From: a virus
Lineage: Duplodnaviria > Caudoviricetes
Direction: 5' to 3' (one strand)
Length of the DNA: 58,216 nucleotides
Virus record (IMG/VR): IMGVR_UViG_3300042887_002068
Span: 1-58,216 of that record
A model generated the notes under the pieces. That model was not told where the DNA came from, made no database searches, and worked only from the letters and a program-made list of their open reading frames with translations. Position numbers and translations under genes: made by a program. Shown here one piece after another: positions 30,485 through 39,940 of the stretch. Position 1 is the stretch's first letter, and each line of letters opens with the position of its first letter.

Positions 30485-31912
30485 TTATCCTCCCAAGAAT
30501 ACTCTACTACTTAACAGTGAACTTAACTGCGATCTTAGTGCAGTTAAGCTTATTTGAGATGCATACAGCGATTGCATTTGTTCCGCCCACATTGCCATAG
30601 CTGGTGGAAGAGATGGGGTCGTTGGTCCAACTTTGGTCATATGAAAATGCGATATTAACGCAGTCAACATCTGTATTTGAGTATTAACGTTCAATAACAT
30701 CCAGTCGCACAACGAATACATCCATAACACGGTAGTTCTTCCCAATAATGCCGGTTGATCATTTGGTCCTTCGGTATTAAAATTTAAATATATCTTCGGT
30801 GCATTTAGTGTCATTATTCCCTTGTTAGACGTTATTGTCGTATTTCCATAAGAATTTAAAGAAAGTACTTGATCTGTAGAGATTCCTATCATTTTCTTGG
30901 AAAAGAATAGCATTTCGTTTGCCTTGGAAGAAAATACTAATCTGTCACTGTTTATCACTATTTGATCTCCATCTAATTTTGGAAAAGGAATGCCCTTTGT
31001 GACATTTATCATGCCGGTCGTTGTTACCGGAGAAAATCTGGATATAGTTTTTCCCGAAGTAAGATGTATGGAAGAACCATCTTTATTTATATCTTCCACC
31101 GTATACCCTTTTCCTGTATATCCTTGTGGAAGTTTTATCGGCGCTTGTCTATTTCGTATAAGTATCATCGGATTGCCACCATTATCCGAATATTCTCCAA
31201 GTCCATTATCATTTCCACGATTGTTGTCGTATGCTCCAAATCTTATAGACGATCCAAATCTTGATTGTAATATGGTATCTCCCTCATACAATTTCAATCC
31301 ACGTATTTTTGGGTTAAACTTAAAGTAGTTCCCCAATATTCCCGTATAATCGTCACCTCCAGAAAAATTAATTTTTGATTGCGGGCCTGTATATGCACCA
31401 TCTTCGGAATATTCGTTTATATTTTTATCAACTTGCCCTGACGTTCTTTCCGCAGAAAAATCTGCATTTGAATTTATCGTGGAATTTACATTAAGTTTCC
31501 TGGTATAAAAATACTGATCTCTGTATTTTCCAACGATTACTATTTCGTTCATTAGGGGATATTCTACAATACCCGTATTTTCCACTGGAAATGCCCAGTT
31601 AAGCGTTTCTTTTTCTTCATTAACTTGGCTGTTTAAAAATCTAAATCTTACTCTTCCTATCCAAGAATAGTCGTTGTCGGATGGATTTGGCTCACTTCCG
31701 TCTATATTCGGAGGCCAAGTATCGACCGATAATATGGCTGATGAAAATATTGGATGGGTTTCATCCAACACAACGTCCAGAACCACGGCTTCTTCCAACT
31801 CATAAAATAAATTTGTATCTGGTTTTCTTTCTATAACAAAACGTTTTGACGCAAGCATATCATCTTGTTTGGTATTTTGTTCTGCACGTCTGTCAACGGT
31901 GTTATAGGCCAT
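30485..31912 (-). CDS. Baseplate central spike (gp5/gpV-like)
   Basis: N-terminal OB-like PLMNEIVIV; EGDTILQSRFGSSIRFG; GDQIVINSDRLVF beta-repeats; C-terminal HFH metal-binding apex motif. Confidence 0.75.
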   Translation of the reverse strand: MAYNTVDRRAEQNTKQDDMLASKRFVIERKPDTNLFYELEEAVVLDVVLDETHPIFSSAILSVDTWPPNIDGSEPNPSDNDYSWIGRVRFRFLNSQVNEEKETLNWAFPVENTGIVEYPLMNEIVIVGKYRDQYFYTRKLNVNSTINSNADFSAERTSGQVDKNINEYSEDGAYTGPQSKINFSGGDDYTGILGNYFKFNPKIRGLKLYEGDTILQSRFGSSIRFGAYDNNRGNDNGLGEYSDNGGNPMILIRNRQAPIKLPQGYTGKGYTVEDINKDGSSIHLTSGKTISRFSPVTTTGMINVTKGIPFPKLDGDQIVINSDRLVFSSKANEMLFFSKKMIGISTDQVLSLNSYGNTTITSNKGIMTLNAPKIYLNFNTEGPNDQPALLGRTTVLWMYSLCDWMLLNVNTQIQMLTALISHFHMTKVGPTTPSLPPAMAMWAEQMQSLYASQISLTALRSQLSSLLSSRVFLGG

Positions 31913-31917
31913 AAATT

Positions 31918-32295
31918 TTATTTAACCTTTTTTTCGGTTGCTTCCGGTTTTTGTAACTGTTTGGCGGTTTCTTCTACGGTAGCCATCAACTGTTTGCGTT
32001 CTTCTTCAGTCAACAACATAGCACCACCTTCACCTTCTGCTCCACCCTTGCCACTCATTAGTCTTTGTATAATAGCAGCAAGTTTGATAAGTTGTTCATC
32101 GTTTCTTACACCAACATCAAAATATTCTTTCAATAATGGCACAATCATGGTGGCATCGTTGATGGTTTTGATCATTTCACGCAAATCAGTAATCAGAATA
32201 TCTATCTGATTCTTCTTTTCTTCGCTGTTTTTGACAATGTCTTTACACAGGTCGGAGAAGTTTTTGCCCTTAAAAATCTCTATGTCATTATCCAT
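31918..32295 (-). CDS. Helical hypothetical protein (possible small terminase-like)
   Basis: 125 aa, all helical; function not secure. Confidence 0.55.
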   Translation of the reverse strand: MDNDIEIFKGKNFSDLCKDIVKNSEEKKNQIDILITDLREMIKTINDATMIVPLLKEYFDVGVRNDEQLIKLAAIIQRLMSGKGGAEGEGGAMLLTEEERKQLMATVEETAKQLQKPEATEKKVK

Positions 32296-32323
32296 GACTA
32301 TAAATAGTATTTATAATATATAT

Positions 32324-33238
32324 TTAGATTTTTGCCCCGCTGATTGTGCCACGATTTAGATATTCTTCAGCGATGTTTTGCTGGGTAGCCTTCATTTTAT
32401 TGATGACTTTGGTAATCTTTTGAGTTTGGCAGTCGGCGATTTCTCGTATATATAAATAAAGTGCCTTTTTGTTAAATACATCAATACGGTCAGCGTTTCT
32501 GAATATTTCTATAACAGCGTGAGCAATCTTTAGGTCTTTTTCCTTGTTGAACATCTTATGAACGTTCTTATCCCAGTAATCTACCATTAGTGCTATAAAC
32601 TCGCGTGTTTCGCTTTCTTGCTTTTCGTGTTCTGGTTCTACTACAAATTCACCGGCATCGCCTGCTTGCTCACATATTTCAACGTGCTTCTTGAACCGCT
32701 TATATGTTGTATTATTATCTAAAATAAACCAGTTCTTGGCAACAATGCTGAAGTAACTAAATGCCTTACCCTTACCTGGCTCATATTTGTCTATATTAGC
32801 CACCATATGCGATATAGCCTGTTTTTGTATTTCAAGAGGGCTGACATCCGCATAACTAAATTTGAATGTGTTATAAACGTTTTCTGCTATCTTAAAGAAC
32901 GCTTGTTGGATATGGTCGTTGTATATTCTATCTTTTTCTCTGGAATCTGTTGCTTGATTATATGCTATGATTGCTGCTTCTGTTTCTGGAGTAAAATATA
33001 CATTTGATACTTTTGGCGTGCCGTCTTTTTGCTTATTCCTGGCACCTTTTGGTCTGCCCCGTGGTCGCTTCTTTGGTTCAATCGGCGTATCATTTATTAC
33101 AACCGGAACAATAATCTGCTTTTTTACCTTTGGCTGCTTCTTATCCTTTTTTACCTTTTTTATATTTTTGGACGCTACTCGTTTTACTTTTTTGACGAGT
33201 TTTGTTTTTCTAGCATTCTTCAGTTTCTTTTTTTTCAT
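32324..33238 (-). CDS. Phage sigma factor (T4 gp55-like) with a Lys-rich, AT-hook N-terminal extension
   Basis: YFTPETEAAIIAYN...KIAENV...KYEPGKGKAFSYFSIVAKNWF (sigma region 2-like); KRPRGRPKG AT-hook. Confidence 0.75.
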   Translation of the reverse strand: MKKKKLKNARKTKLVKKVKRVASKNIKKVKKDKKQPKVKKQIIVPVVINDTPIEPKKRPRGRPKGARNKQKDGTPKVSNVYFTPETEAAIIAYNQATDSREKDRIYNDHIQQAFFKIAENVYNTFKFSYADVSPLEIQKQAISHMVANIDKYEPGKGKAFSYFSIVAKNWFILDNNTTYKRFKKHVEICEQAGDAGEFVVEPEHEKQESETREFIALMVDYWDKNVHKMFNKEKDLKIAHAVIEIFRNADRIDVFNKKALYLYIREIADCQTQKITKVINKMKATQQNIAEEYLNRGTISGAKI

Positions 33239-33241
33239 ATA

Positions 33242-33496
33242 TTATTTTATCTTCTCGTCAAACTCTTTGATTATTTGTAAAATACTCTCAAACGTGGCAC
33301 CAACATCATCGTCTTTCTCAAATAAATTTCTGTCATCCACCGCCTTTATTCCCCGATATACATTATCAATTTCCGTCCTAAAATATGTAAGCCACTCTTC
33401 GTATACTTCCATCTTTTTGAGTAGATTATAACACGCATATCCCAACGCACAAGTCGTTAGAAAAAATATAACCAATAGAGTTATTAGTAACCACAT
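33242..33496 (-). CDS. Small membrane-anchored protein (start revised to MWLLITLL)
   Basis: 84 aa with an N-terminal TM helix. The Arg-rich extension in the track overlaps the upstream gene. Confidence 0.7.
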   Translation of the reverse strand: MWLLITLLVIFFLTTCALGYACYNLLKKMEVYEEWLTYFRTEIDNVYRGIKAVDDRNLFEKDDDVGATFESILQIIKEFDEKIK

Positions 33497-33504
33497 AAAG
33501 AGTA

Positions 33505-33663
33505 TTATTTTTCGTCTTCCTCTTCTTCGTCTTCGTCGGGATCGTATCCAAGTTCTTCTTTGATGATTCCCAACGCTTCTTCGACCGAAGGCCAACTACG
33601 GCTTTCTAGGGCGTATTCTAATAGTTCTTTTACTTCTTCTAGGTTGTCTGGGTCAATGTTCAT
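33505..33663 (-). CDS. Small acidic protein, 52 aa (not in the ORF track)
   Basis: MNIDPDNLEEVKELLEYALESRSWPSVEEALGIIKEELGYDPDEDEEEEDEK; ATGA overlap with the def stop. Confidence 0.75.
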   Translation of the reverse strand: MNIDPDNLEEVKELLEYALESRSWPSVEEALGIIKEELGYDPDEDEEEEDEK

Positions 33664-34277
33664 AGTATCTTCCATCCTTGTTCAACGAGTTCTAATGCCT
33701 TCTTGTATTTTATATATTGTGTTTCACCATTTTTTTCCACAACAACCTTATCATTTCTGCCGTGTTTTACCTTTTTTTCTACCGGCTTGATGAACTTGAC
33801 GCCAGGATCAATCATCAGTCTGCCATTTAGATGGTCGATTTCGTGTTGAACGCAAATTGTTTCTAATATACCAACATCATCATATACGCTTTTTTCTGTT
33901 GGCGGATTTGTATCTGGACCAAATGGGATGGGGTTGGCGTGGTTGAGAGTATTGACGGTTACTTTCAACTTACGCATCGTATTACAACTCTTGCCCGGCA
34001 AACTTAGGCAACCCTCAAGATAAATGATATTTTCGTTACTAACTTCTGTTATAACAGGATTCATCAACACAACTGGCGGTTGATCTTTTCTGGCTCTAAT
34101 AACAGAAACACTTTTTGATATTCCTATTTGATTAGCAGATAGTCCAACTCCACCGTGAGGCAAACTATCTAAAGTTTCTATAAGCTTGTTTGCTATTTCT
34201 TGACCCTCTTCAATAGAAGATACAGGTGTTGTTGGCTTATGTAGAAAATCTTTATCCTTGACTATTTTATAACTCAT
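33660..34277 (-). CDS. def: Peptide deformylase
   Basis: All three PDF motifs: GVGLSANQIG, EGCLS, QHEIDHLNG. Confidence 0.95.
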   Translation of the reverse strand: MSYKIVKDKDFLHKPTTPVSSIEEGQEIANKLIETLDSLPHGGVGLSANQIGISKSVSVIRARKDQPPVVLMNPVITEVSNENIIYLEGCLSLPGKSCNTMRKLKVTVNTLNHANPIPFGPDTNPPTEKSVYDDVGILETICVQHEIDHLNGRLMIDPGVKFIKPVEKKVKHGRNDKVVVEKNGETQYIKYKKALELVEQGWKIL

Positions 34278-34353
34278 ACTATGTGAATTTTTTTGTTTTA
34301 CAATTCACATATATATTGAATAGTTTTATTTTGTCAACTTATAATAAAACAAA

Positions 34354-35874
34354 TTATGGCTGTGGACGACTAAAGCGTTCATAGTCCCTAATAAATGCTT
34401 CTGGAGGAGCTTCTGTGCTATTTGCTTTAGCAGGCTCTATTCTGTTTTGTAGTTGTTCGTTATATGGGTCTTTTTGTTCTATTTGCTGAGAAGGTTCTGG
34501 TGTAGGCTCTGGAGTCGGACTTGGTGTTGGCTCTGGAGTAGCAGAAGGAGTGGGAGATGGTGTTATTGTTGGTTCTGGTATAGCCGTTGGAGTTGGCGTT
34601 ATAACTGGCGTAGCAACTGGCAAAATCTGTTCTTTCTTTTTTCCTACTAATGTATTATACGCTAGAATCAAACACACCGCCAGCGGGTCAAACACAAGCA
34701 TGATAGACCATATGAAATAGTTTACTGCTGTATCTAATGGTACGCCAAGGCTCTTGGCAATAAACTTGAATGTGCCTACATCTGTTTTTACTATCTTGTC
34801 TTTATAATCTGTGTTTTGATTACGTAATGCTTGTATTTCGTTTTGATATTCTATTACCTTTTTCTTTCCGGCTTCTGCTAATTCATCCTTTTTGCTGTTT
34901 AGCGATGATACTTTATTGTCAGACTCTTTGTTGTATGCGTCTATGGACGCCATTATTTCTTCAATATCCTTTTCAAGTTTCTTGATGTTTGCTTCTATAT
35001 CTCCACGCTGACCTTTGCTTCTAGTTTCTATTACTGCTACACGGTCATTATACTCTTTCATCTGCGACGCATATTGCTCACGCAGTTTGGTTATTCTGTC
35101 TTGAGATGATTTTATCTTTTCATCTATTTCAGCACGTTCTTTTGCTTGACCTTCTTTTACAACTCTGGCTTGGTTTAGTCCATTTTTACCAAACAAACCA
35201 CCTGTGCCTTGGTCCATCCATTTCTGAACTTCTTTATCCAATATTTCCAATCTGGCATTGAATAGTTTTATCTGCTCAAGCTCTCTGGCTATATCAGTAT
35301 CAGTTGAAGATTTTGATATTTCAAGAGCTTGTTTTGCCGCTGCTATATCTGCTGAAGCATCCTGTGTTGTATTTGCTGATTTACGAATGCTTTCTATCTG
35401 CTGATTTTTTTGTGCTACAACTTGAAGTTTTTGTTCTATGAACTTTTTTCTGTTAGCATCAATGCCCGCTATTTCTTCTGAGTTATAATCAGACTTCTTG
35501 ATAGTTTCTATTTCTTTCTCAAACTCTGCTATCTTGGTATTATTAGATTCTATGTTTTGTTCGTATCCTTGAACGGCAATAGATGTTGCCGTGTATCCAG
35601 CACTCAAATATCCATATATACCAATGGAAGTTATGCCCATCAGAAACAATGTGGCAAGCAACATATATGATTTCATCCACCATCCTATTTCTTTCCACTT
35701 TTGTTTTAGAAACGTGGCAGTAATAATTTTACCAACTTCAAGGGCAGTTCCCATTATAATAATAGACAACCCGCCGCCAACAAAAAGCAGCTTCAATCCT
35801 ATGATGCTAAAATAAGCACCACAGATTGATATGGCAATACCGCTTAATAATACTAAAAATGCTAAGATATTCAT
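34354..35874 (-). CDS. Membrane protein with a long coiled coil and Pro/Thr-rich tail
   Basis: Three N-terminal TM segments (AYFSIIGL, LEVGK, MGITSIGIYGYLS), coiled coil, TM VFDPLAV, then TPTP/TPEP repeats. Confidence 0.8.
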   Translation of the reverse strand: MNILAFLVLLSGIAISICGAYFSIIGLKLLFVGGGLSIIIMGTALEVGKIITATFLKQKWKEIGWWMKSYMLLATLFLMGITSIGIYGYLSAGYTATSIAVQGYEQNIESNNTKIAEFEKEIETIKKSDYNSEEIAGIDANRKKFIEQKLQVVAQKNQQIESIRKSANTTQDASADIAAAKQALEISKSSTDTDIARELEQIKLFNARLEILDKEVQKWMDQGTGGLFGKNGLNQARVVKEGQAKERAEIDEKIKSSQDRITKLREQYASQMKEYNDRVAVIETRSKGQRGDIEANIKKLEKDIEEIMASIDAYNKESDNKVSSLNSKKDELAEAGKKKVIEYQNEIQALRNQNTDYKDKIVKTDVGTFKFIAKSLGVPLDTAVNYFIWSIMLVFDPLAVCLILAYNTLVGKKKEQILPVATPVITPTPTAIPEPTITPSPTPSATPEPTPSPTPEPTPEPSQQIEQKDPYNEQLQNRIEPAKANSTEAPPEAFIRDYERFSRPQP

Positions 35875-35898
35875 GTTATAATAAATATCATATATATT

Positions 35899-35934
35899 AA
35901 AAAGAAAACCCCGAACTTTTTATAGTTCGGGGTT
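35899..35934 (-). terminator. Intrinsic terminator
   Basis: AACCCCGAACT/AGTTCGGGGTT stem with a U-tract on the minus strand. Confidence 0.8.
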
Positions 35935-35956
35935 ATTTACCATTTTGGTTTTATTA

Positions 35957-36658
35957 TTACGTTATATAGTTTTCCAACTCATGATATGCCTTGTATCCTT
36001 CCTCGGCCTTTTTTTTCGTGTCTTCATAAAACATATCTTTATGGCGGTTTGCGAGATATATAGTTGTTTGAATTTTTTCAGATCTTTGCAGGAATTTAAT
36101 GTCTTCGTCTAATTCTTTTGCACTGCGTTTCCCAGATATATAGTAGCCAGTTCGATTGCTAATTTGACGGACTCTGTCCGTTAACTCTTGACATTCTTTA
36201 TACTTTTCTTGCCATTCTTTTTTCTGGGCTCTTAGGGAACTTACATCATCGTCATAAGCCGATACGGCATCGTCACCACGTCGATCTCCGTATTGCGACC
36301 TCTTGTTGGGCTCCCATATTCCATGCTCCTCGTATCCCCCCGCCTGACGCAGATCGTCCTGTGCCCTTCGAATACGAGTGTCAACATTATCCTCCTCTCT
36401 TGAATAATAAGCACATCCTGCTCTCATACCTTCTATAATTGCATCCAATCGCTTTTCATTTCTTGCGAATATTTTATTGTTTTCCTCTCTTCTCCTATTG
36501 TCTCTGGTTTCTTTTTCTCCTCTTTCTTTTTCCGCCTTTGCACGGGCTCTTTTTTTTCCGGTAGGATCTTTGAGAAAATCCATGATACCTTCATCTTGTT
36601 GAGAATATACTTCTTCGACGACTTCTTTAATCAACCGTTTTAGTTCGCTTTTTTTCAT
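35957..36658 (-). CDS. Hypothetical charged protein with MKKSELKRLIKEVVEE leader
   Basis: 233 aa; has its own late motif upstream and terminators on both sides. Confidence 0.75.
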   Translation of the reverse strand: MKKSELKRLIKEVVEEVYSQQDEGIMDFLKDPTGKKRARAKAEKERGEKETRDNRRREENNKIFARNEKRLDAIIEGMRAGCAYYSREEDNVDTRIRRAQDDLRQAGGYEEHGIWEPNKRSQYGDRRGDDAVSAYDDDVSSLRAQKKEWQEKYKECQELTDRVRQISNRTGYYISGKRSAKELDEDIKFLQRSEKIQTTIYLANRHKDMFYEDTKKKAEEGYKAYHELENYIT

Positions 36659-36696
36659 ATTATAATAGGTTATAATAATAAATATATATCAAAAAC

Positions 36697-36723
36697 AAAA
36701 AAACCCAGATTTTATCTGAGTTT
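36697..36723 (-). terminator. Intrinsic terminator after the methyltransferase
   Basis: Minus strand AAACTCAGAT-AAA-ATCTGGGTTTTTTT. Confidence 0.7.
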
Positions 36724-36728
36724 ATATA

Positions 36729-37511
36729 TCAACTGACCGAATCAAAAAACTCTGCCGTTTTTGCAGTTTTATTATCTTCGTGCCATTTTATTCGTGTCTG
36801 GCACTTTGCGTAATAATCATTACTAATTTCAGAACTATAACACTTTCTGTTTAGATGCTGGCAAGCAATATATGTTGTCGCAGAGCCGCCAAATGGATCA
36901 ACTACAACGCCGCCTTCATTAGTATGCTTCTTAATAAGATCCTCAAACAGTTCAAGCGACTTTTGAGTAGGATGAATACGATCAATCTCACGCTTGCCCT
37001 GATAAATAGGATACTTATAAATACCATTATCGTACTCGGAGTTGAATGTAGCCTTGCCTCCCTTTACACAAGAAATGGCGATTTCACGGGCATTACTAAG
37101 ATATGTTGCCTTGGAATTGATAGGAACAGGATTGGTTTTTACCCATTCAATAAAACGCAGCTTACCAAACTTGTGCTTTTCAAGCAGCTTGCTTAATGTC
37201 TCAATCTTCCAAAGATCAAAGAAGATGATACACGAACCACCATTCTTCAATACACGGCTAAACTCCTTGATAAACTCTTCGAGATTTTCCAAAGTAAAGT
37301 TGCTATCCCATTCACCATAGTCTGTTTGTATAGCATACTTGCTGCCATACTTCGCCTTGTCTTTAGTGGCATCATCGGCATTGAACAAAGCATCCATGCC
37401 AGTTTTCTTGGAGATAATATAAGGCGGGTCGGTCAATACAAGATCAACAGACTTGCTGTCAATCTGTTTGAGCATTTCTAACCCGTTTATGTTATGAAAA
37501 CCAAGATCCAT
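36729..37511 (-). CDS. Orphan DNA methyltransferase, N6-A/N4-C, beta class
   Basis: TDPPY precedes HPTQKS and VVDPFGGSATT; no cognate endonuclease nearby. Confidence 0.92.
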   Translation of the reverse strand: MDLGFHNINGLEMLKQIDSKSVDLVLTDPPYIISKKTGMDALFNADDATKDKAKYGSKYAIQTDYGEWDSNFTLENLEEFIKEFSRVLKNGGSCIIFFDLWKIETLSKLLEKHKFGKLRFIEWVKTNPVPINSKATYLSNAREIAISCVKGGKATFNSEYDNGIYKYPIYQGKREIDRIHPTQKSLELFEDLIKKHTNEGGVVVDPFGGSATTYIACQHLNRKCYSSEISNDYYAKCQTRIKWHEDNKTAKTAEFFDSVS

Positions 37512-37517
37512 GAAAAC

Positions 37518-37545
37518 ACTATACCATAAAAACTAAGGTTGTCAA
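37518..37545 (-). promoter_or_regulatory. Sigma70-like promoter TTGACA-N16-TATAGT with extended -10; probably leaderless mRNA
   Basis: TGG precedes TATAGT; the -10 ends 6 nt before the ATG; no SD. Confidence 0.7.
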
Positions 37546-37551
37546 TCGTAT

Positions 37552-37574
37552 AAAAAAACAACCCCCGAAGTTGT
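37552..37574 (-). terminator. Probable intrinsic terminator after the Ig gene
   Basis: ACAACTTCGGGGGTTGTTTTTTT on the minus strand (G-U-containing stem). Confidence 0.6.
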
Positions 37575-37575
37575 A

Positions 37576-39801
37576 TTATGGACCATAACGTATGATGATT
37601 CTTACATTACTTGGTGCTGAAATACCTGTAACATTAACAAGTGCTGAACTACTATCCGTTGAACTAGTCATTCCATCAAAGGTACGTGTGGCGACAACTT
37701 TGTATGTTCCACCAGTATCTATTACGACTGGTGATACGGTGTATGTCGATGATGTAGCACCAGATATAGCCACATTATTTCTATACCATTGATATGATAT
37801 TGTACCTGCTCCAGAATCTGTAACAGGCGGGGCAGGCGTTGCGGACACGCCGCTTACATCCTGAAATCCAGTCGTTCCTCCATTAATGAGCGTACTGAAT
37901 GATAGTGGTGTTAATATACCGTTGGCTGTGTTTACTGTATACCACTGACCATTATCAAAGGATTGACCATACAACGTTGAACCGGCTGGACCGAAGGTGA
38001 TCTGAAGCCTACCTATTATCGGAGAACCAACTGTGCCTATATTCGTGGCAGCTATAGTACCACTTAACGGACCAGACGGCAGAGTCAGATTATAAAACAT
38101 AGAACCGTTGGAAGTAGTGGCATATAATGTACCATTACTAGTAATGGCTATGTCTCCAATATAATTGTTGTTTGTTGTAGGTATGCCGCCCGTGAGCGTA
38201 GCGGACGAAATGCCATTAGAAACCATTGTAGGGGTTCCTGATCCGTCATATTGTAATGCGACTCGCACCAGCATATGTGTACCCGGCATAATATACCAAT
38301 AAGCATTATTCCAATATGCTCCGTTGTCTGGTCGGCTGGTGGTCAATTGCCCCAAATTGACTGGTGTAGAATTGGCAGCTTGGTTCCAATACCACAAAGA
38401 CGCCAGACCACTTCCACTCGGATTGGGTGCCGCAAAAAATACTTGACCTCGGGTAGTATCAAACGCTATTCCGTTTATTGCGTTTGTTGATGTTGCACCT
38501 ACAAGAGTAGACACATCTCGCACAGCCCTCTTTGTTCCAGTATCGCTAATTTCATAAATATTGTTGTCTGTACCAACAGTATAATAATACACCGATACTG
38601 ATGCGAAGGATGATAGTGTAAGTGTATTTCCAAACTCAACACTTGTAGCAACAGGCTGAACGGTAAAGATAGGTGCCTTTAATGTTCTAACAACGTTTAC
38701 TGTTGCTGTGTTGCTGTCTGTAAAACTGGATACACCATCTATAGTACTGGTTGCTCTAAGTTTATACGCACCAGAGTCTACACTGGCAGCGGCACTCACA
38801 GTATATGATCTAGAAGTTGCTCCTGTTATAATAACATCATCTTTGTACCATTGATATGTTGGAGTTGGTGTACCAGTAGCCAACCCAGATAATGTAAATG
38901 ATTGATTGAGATCAATGGTCACGGAGGATGGTTGAGCAGTAAATACTGGTGCCGCAAGGGTTCTAACTACGGTTACTGTTACTATATTACTATCAACTGA
39001 ACTGGATGCTCCGTTTAGTGTATTGGTGGCAACAACCTTATAATCGCCGCCATTGGCACTAACAGCAGAACTTACGGTATATGATGTAGATGTTGCTCCA
39101 GTTATAGCGACGTTGTCTTTATACCATTGGTATGTTGGAGTTGGAGTGCCGGTCGCTAATGCCGATAGTGTAAATGACTGTGTAAGATTTACTGTTGCGG
39201 CGACGGGTTGCGTAGTAAATGTGGGCGGCACCAAAACTTCTATGACAGTAACTGCCACTGCATTACTGTCCGTAGACACTACCGTTCCGCTAACAGTATT
39301 ACTTGCTGATACTTTGTATGTGCCCGCGTCAGCAAGAACTGCCGATGATACTGTATATGTAGCAGATGTTGCACCTGATATAGCGACATTATTTTTAAAC
39401 CATTGATATGTTGGTGGAGAGTCGCCCGTGGCAAGAGATGATAGTGTAAAAGATTGGCCGACAGATGCGTTAGTAGCAACTGGTTGTAGTGTAAAAACCG
39501 GCGGATTGACAACACTTAAATTTGCAATATTTGAAAGACTACTTCCTAACGAGTTACTAACTTCTACGGTATATGCGGCAGCATCCGATATTGTAACATT
39601 CGCCAGCACATACGATATAGATGTTGCACCGGCAATATTCGTTCCTCCTTTTTTCCACTGATATGTAAACGGGGGTGTTCCGCTGGCGGTAGCATCAAAA
39701 GTAACAGTCTGACCAACTTTAGCAACCGGACTAACGTCTTGAGCATATGCCATACTGCATAATGCAAGTATATAAAAAAGTATCTTGATATAGTTCTTCA
39801 T
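37576..39801 (-). CDS. Secreted multi-immunoglobulin-domain protein with an inserted beta-propeller
   Basis: Signal peptide ending AYA|Q; five Ig repeats (PxFTxQP...ATGxPxPTYQWyK...GATSxxY...DxGxY), the fifth interrupted by a ~250-aa propeller-like region. Confidence 0.85.
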   Translation of the reverse strand: MKNYIKILFYILALCSMAYAQDVSPVAKVGQTVTFDATASGTPPFTYQWKKGGTNIAGATSISYVLANVTISDAAAYTVEVSNSLGSSLSNIANLSVVNPPVFTLQPVATNASVGQSFTLSSLATGDSPPTYQWFKNNVAISGATSATYTVSSAVLADAGTYKVSASNTVSGTVVSTDSNAVAVTVIEVLVPPTFTTQPVAATVNLTQSFTLSALATGTPTPTYQWYKDNVAITGATSTSYTVSSAVSANGGDYKVVATNTLNGASSSVDSNIVTVTVVRTLAAPVFTAQPSSVTIDLNQSFTLSGLATGTPTPTYQWYKDDVIITGATSRSYTVSAAASVDSGAYKLRATSTIDGVSSFTDSNTATVNVVRTLKAPIFTVQPVATSVEFGNTLTLSSFASVSVYYYTVGTDNNIYEISDTGTKRAVRDVSTLVGATSTNAINGIAFDTTRGQVFFAAPNPSGSGLASLWYWNQAANSTPVNLGQLTTSRPDNGAYWNNAYWYIMPGTHMLVRVALQYDGSGTPTMVSNGISSATLTGGIPTTNNNYIGDIAITSNGTLYATTSNGSMFYNLTLPSGPLSGTIAATNIGTVGSPIIGRLQITFGPAGSTLYGQSFDNGQWYTVNTANGILTPLSFSTLINGGTTGFQDVSGVSATPAPPVTDSGAGTISYQWYRNNVAISGATSSTYTVSPVVIDTGGTYKVVATRTFDGMTSSTDSSSALVNVTGISAPSNVRIIIRYGP

Positions 39802-39844
39802 TTTTGCCTATATTGATGGTAGGCAGCATTTTTGTCAAGATAAT

Positions 39845-39872
39845 AAAAAGCCCCGCAAAAATGCGGGGCTTT
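39845..39872 (-). terminator. Intrinsic terminator
   Basis: AAAGCCCCGC-AAAAAT-GCGGGGCTTT with a minus-strand U-tract. Confidence 0.85.
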
Positions 39873-39940
39873 AGGGGTGATTGGAAACCACCCTCCACCA
39901 GTCAGTTTGTGGAGCCACTGACAACCATAACCACTTTCAT
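39845..39940 (-). ncRNA. Candidate small structured RNA (pseudoknot + hairpin + terminator)
   Basis: Own promoter at 39942-39969; stem GUCAGU/ACUGAC with loop CUCCAC complementary to downstream GUGGAG; hairpin GGGUGGUU/AAUCACCC; terminator at 39845-39872. Confidence 0.45.

Noticed and set aside
33497-33595. Arg-rich N-terminus of the 117-aa ORF
   Set aside because: It is an alternative frame of the acidic 52-aa gene; the real start is probably 33496.
36729-37511. Restriction-modification system
   Set aside because: No adjacent endonuclease; orphan methyltransferases are routine in large phages.
39865-39900. tRNA-Ala/tmRNA fragment or T-box (GGGG...CTCCACCA on plus; AGGGUGGU on minus)
   Set aside because: No T-arm (TTCRA), cloverleaf or T-box stem I; kept only as a note on the candidate ncRNA.
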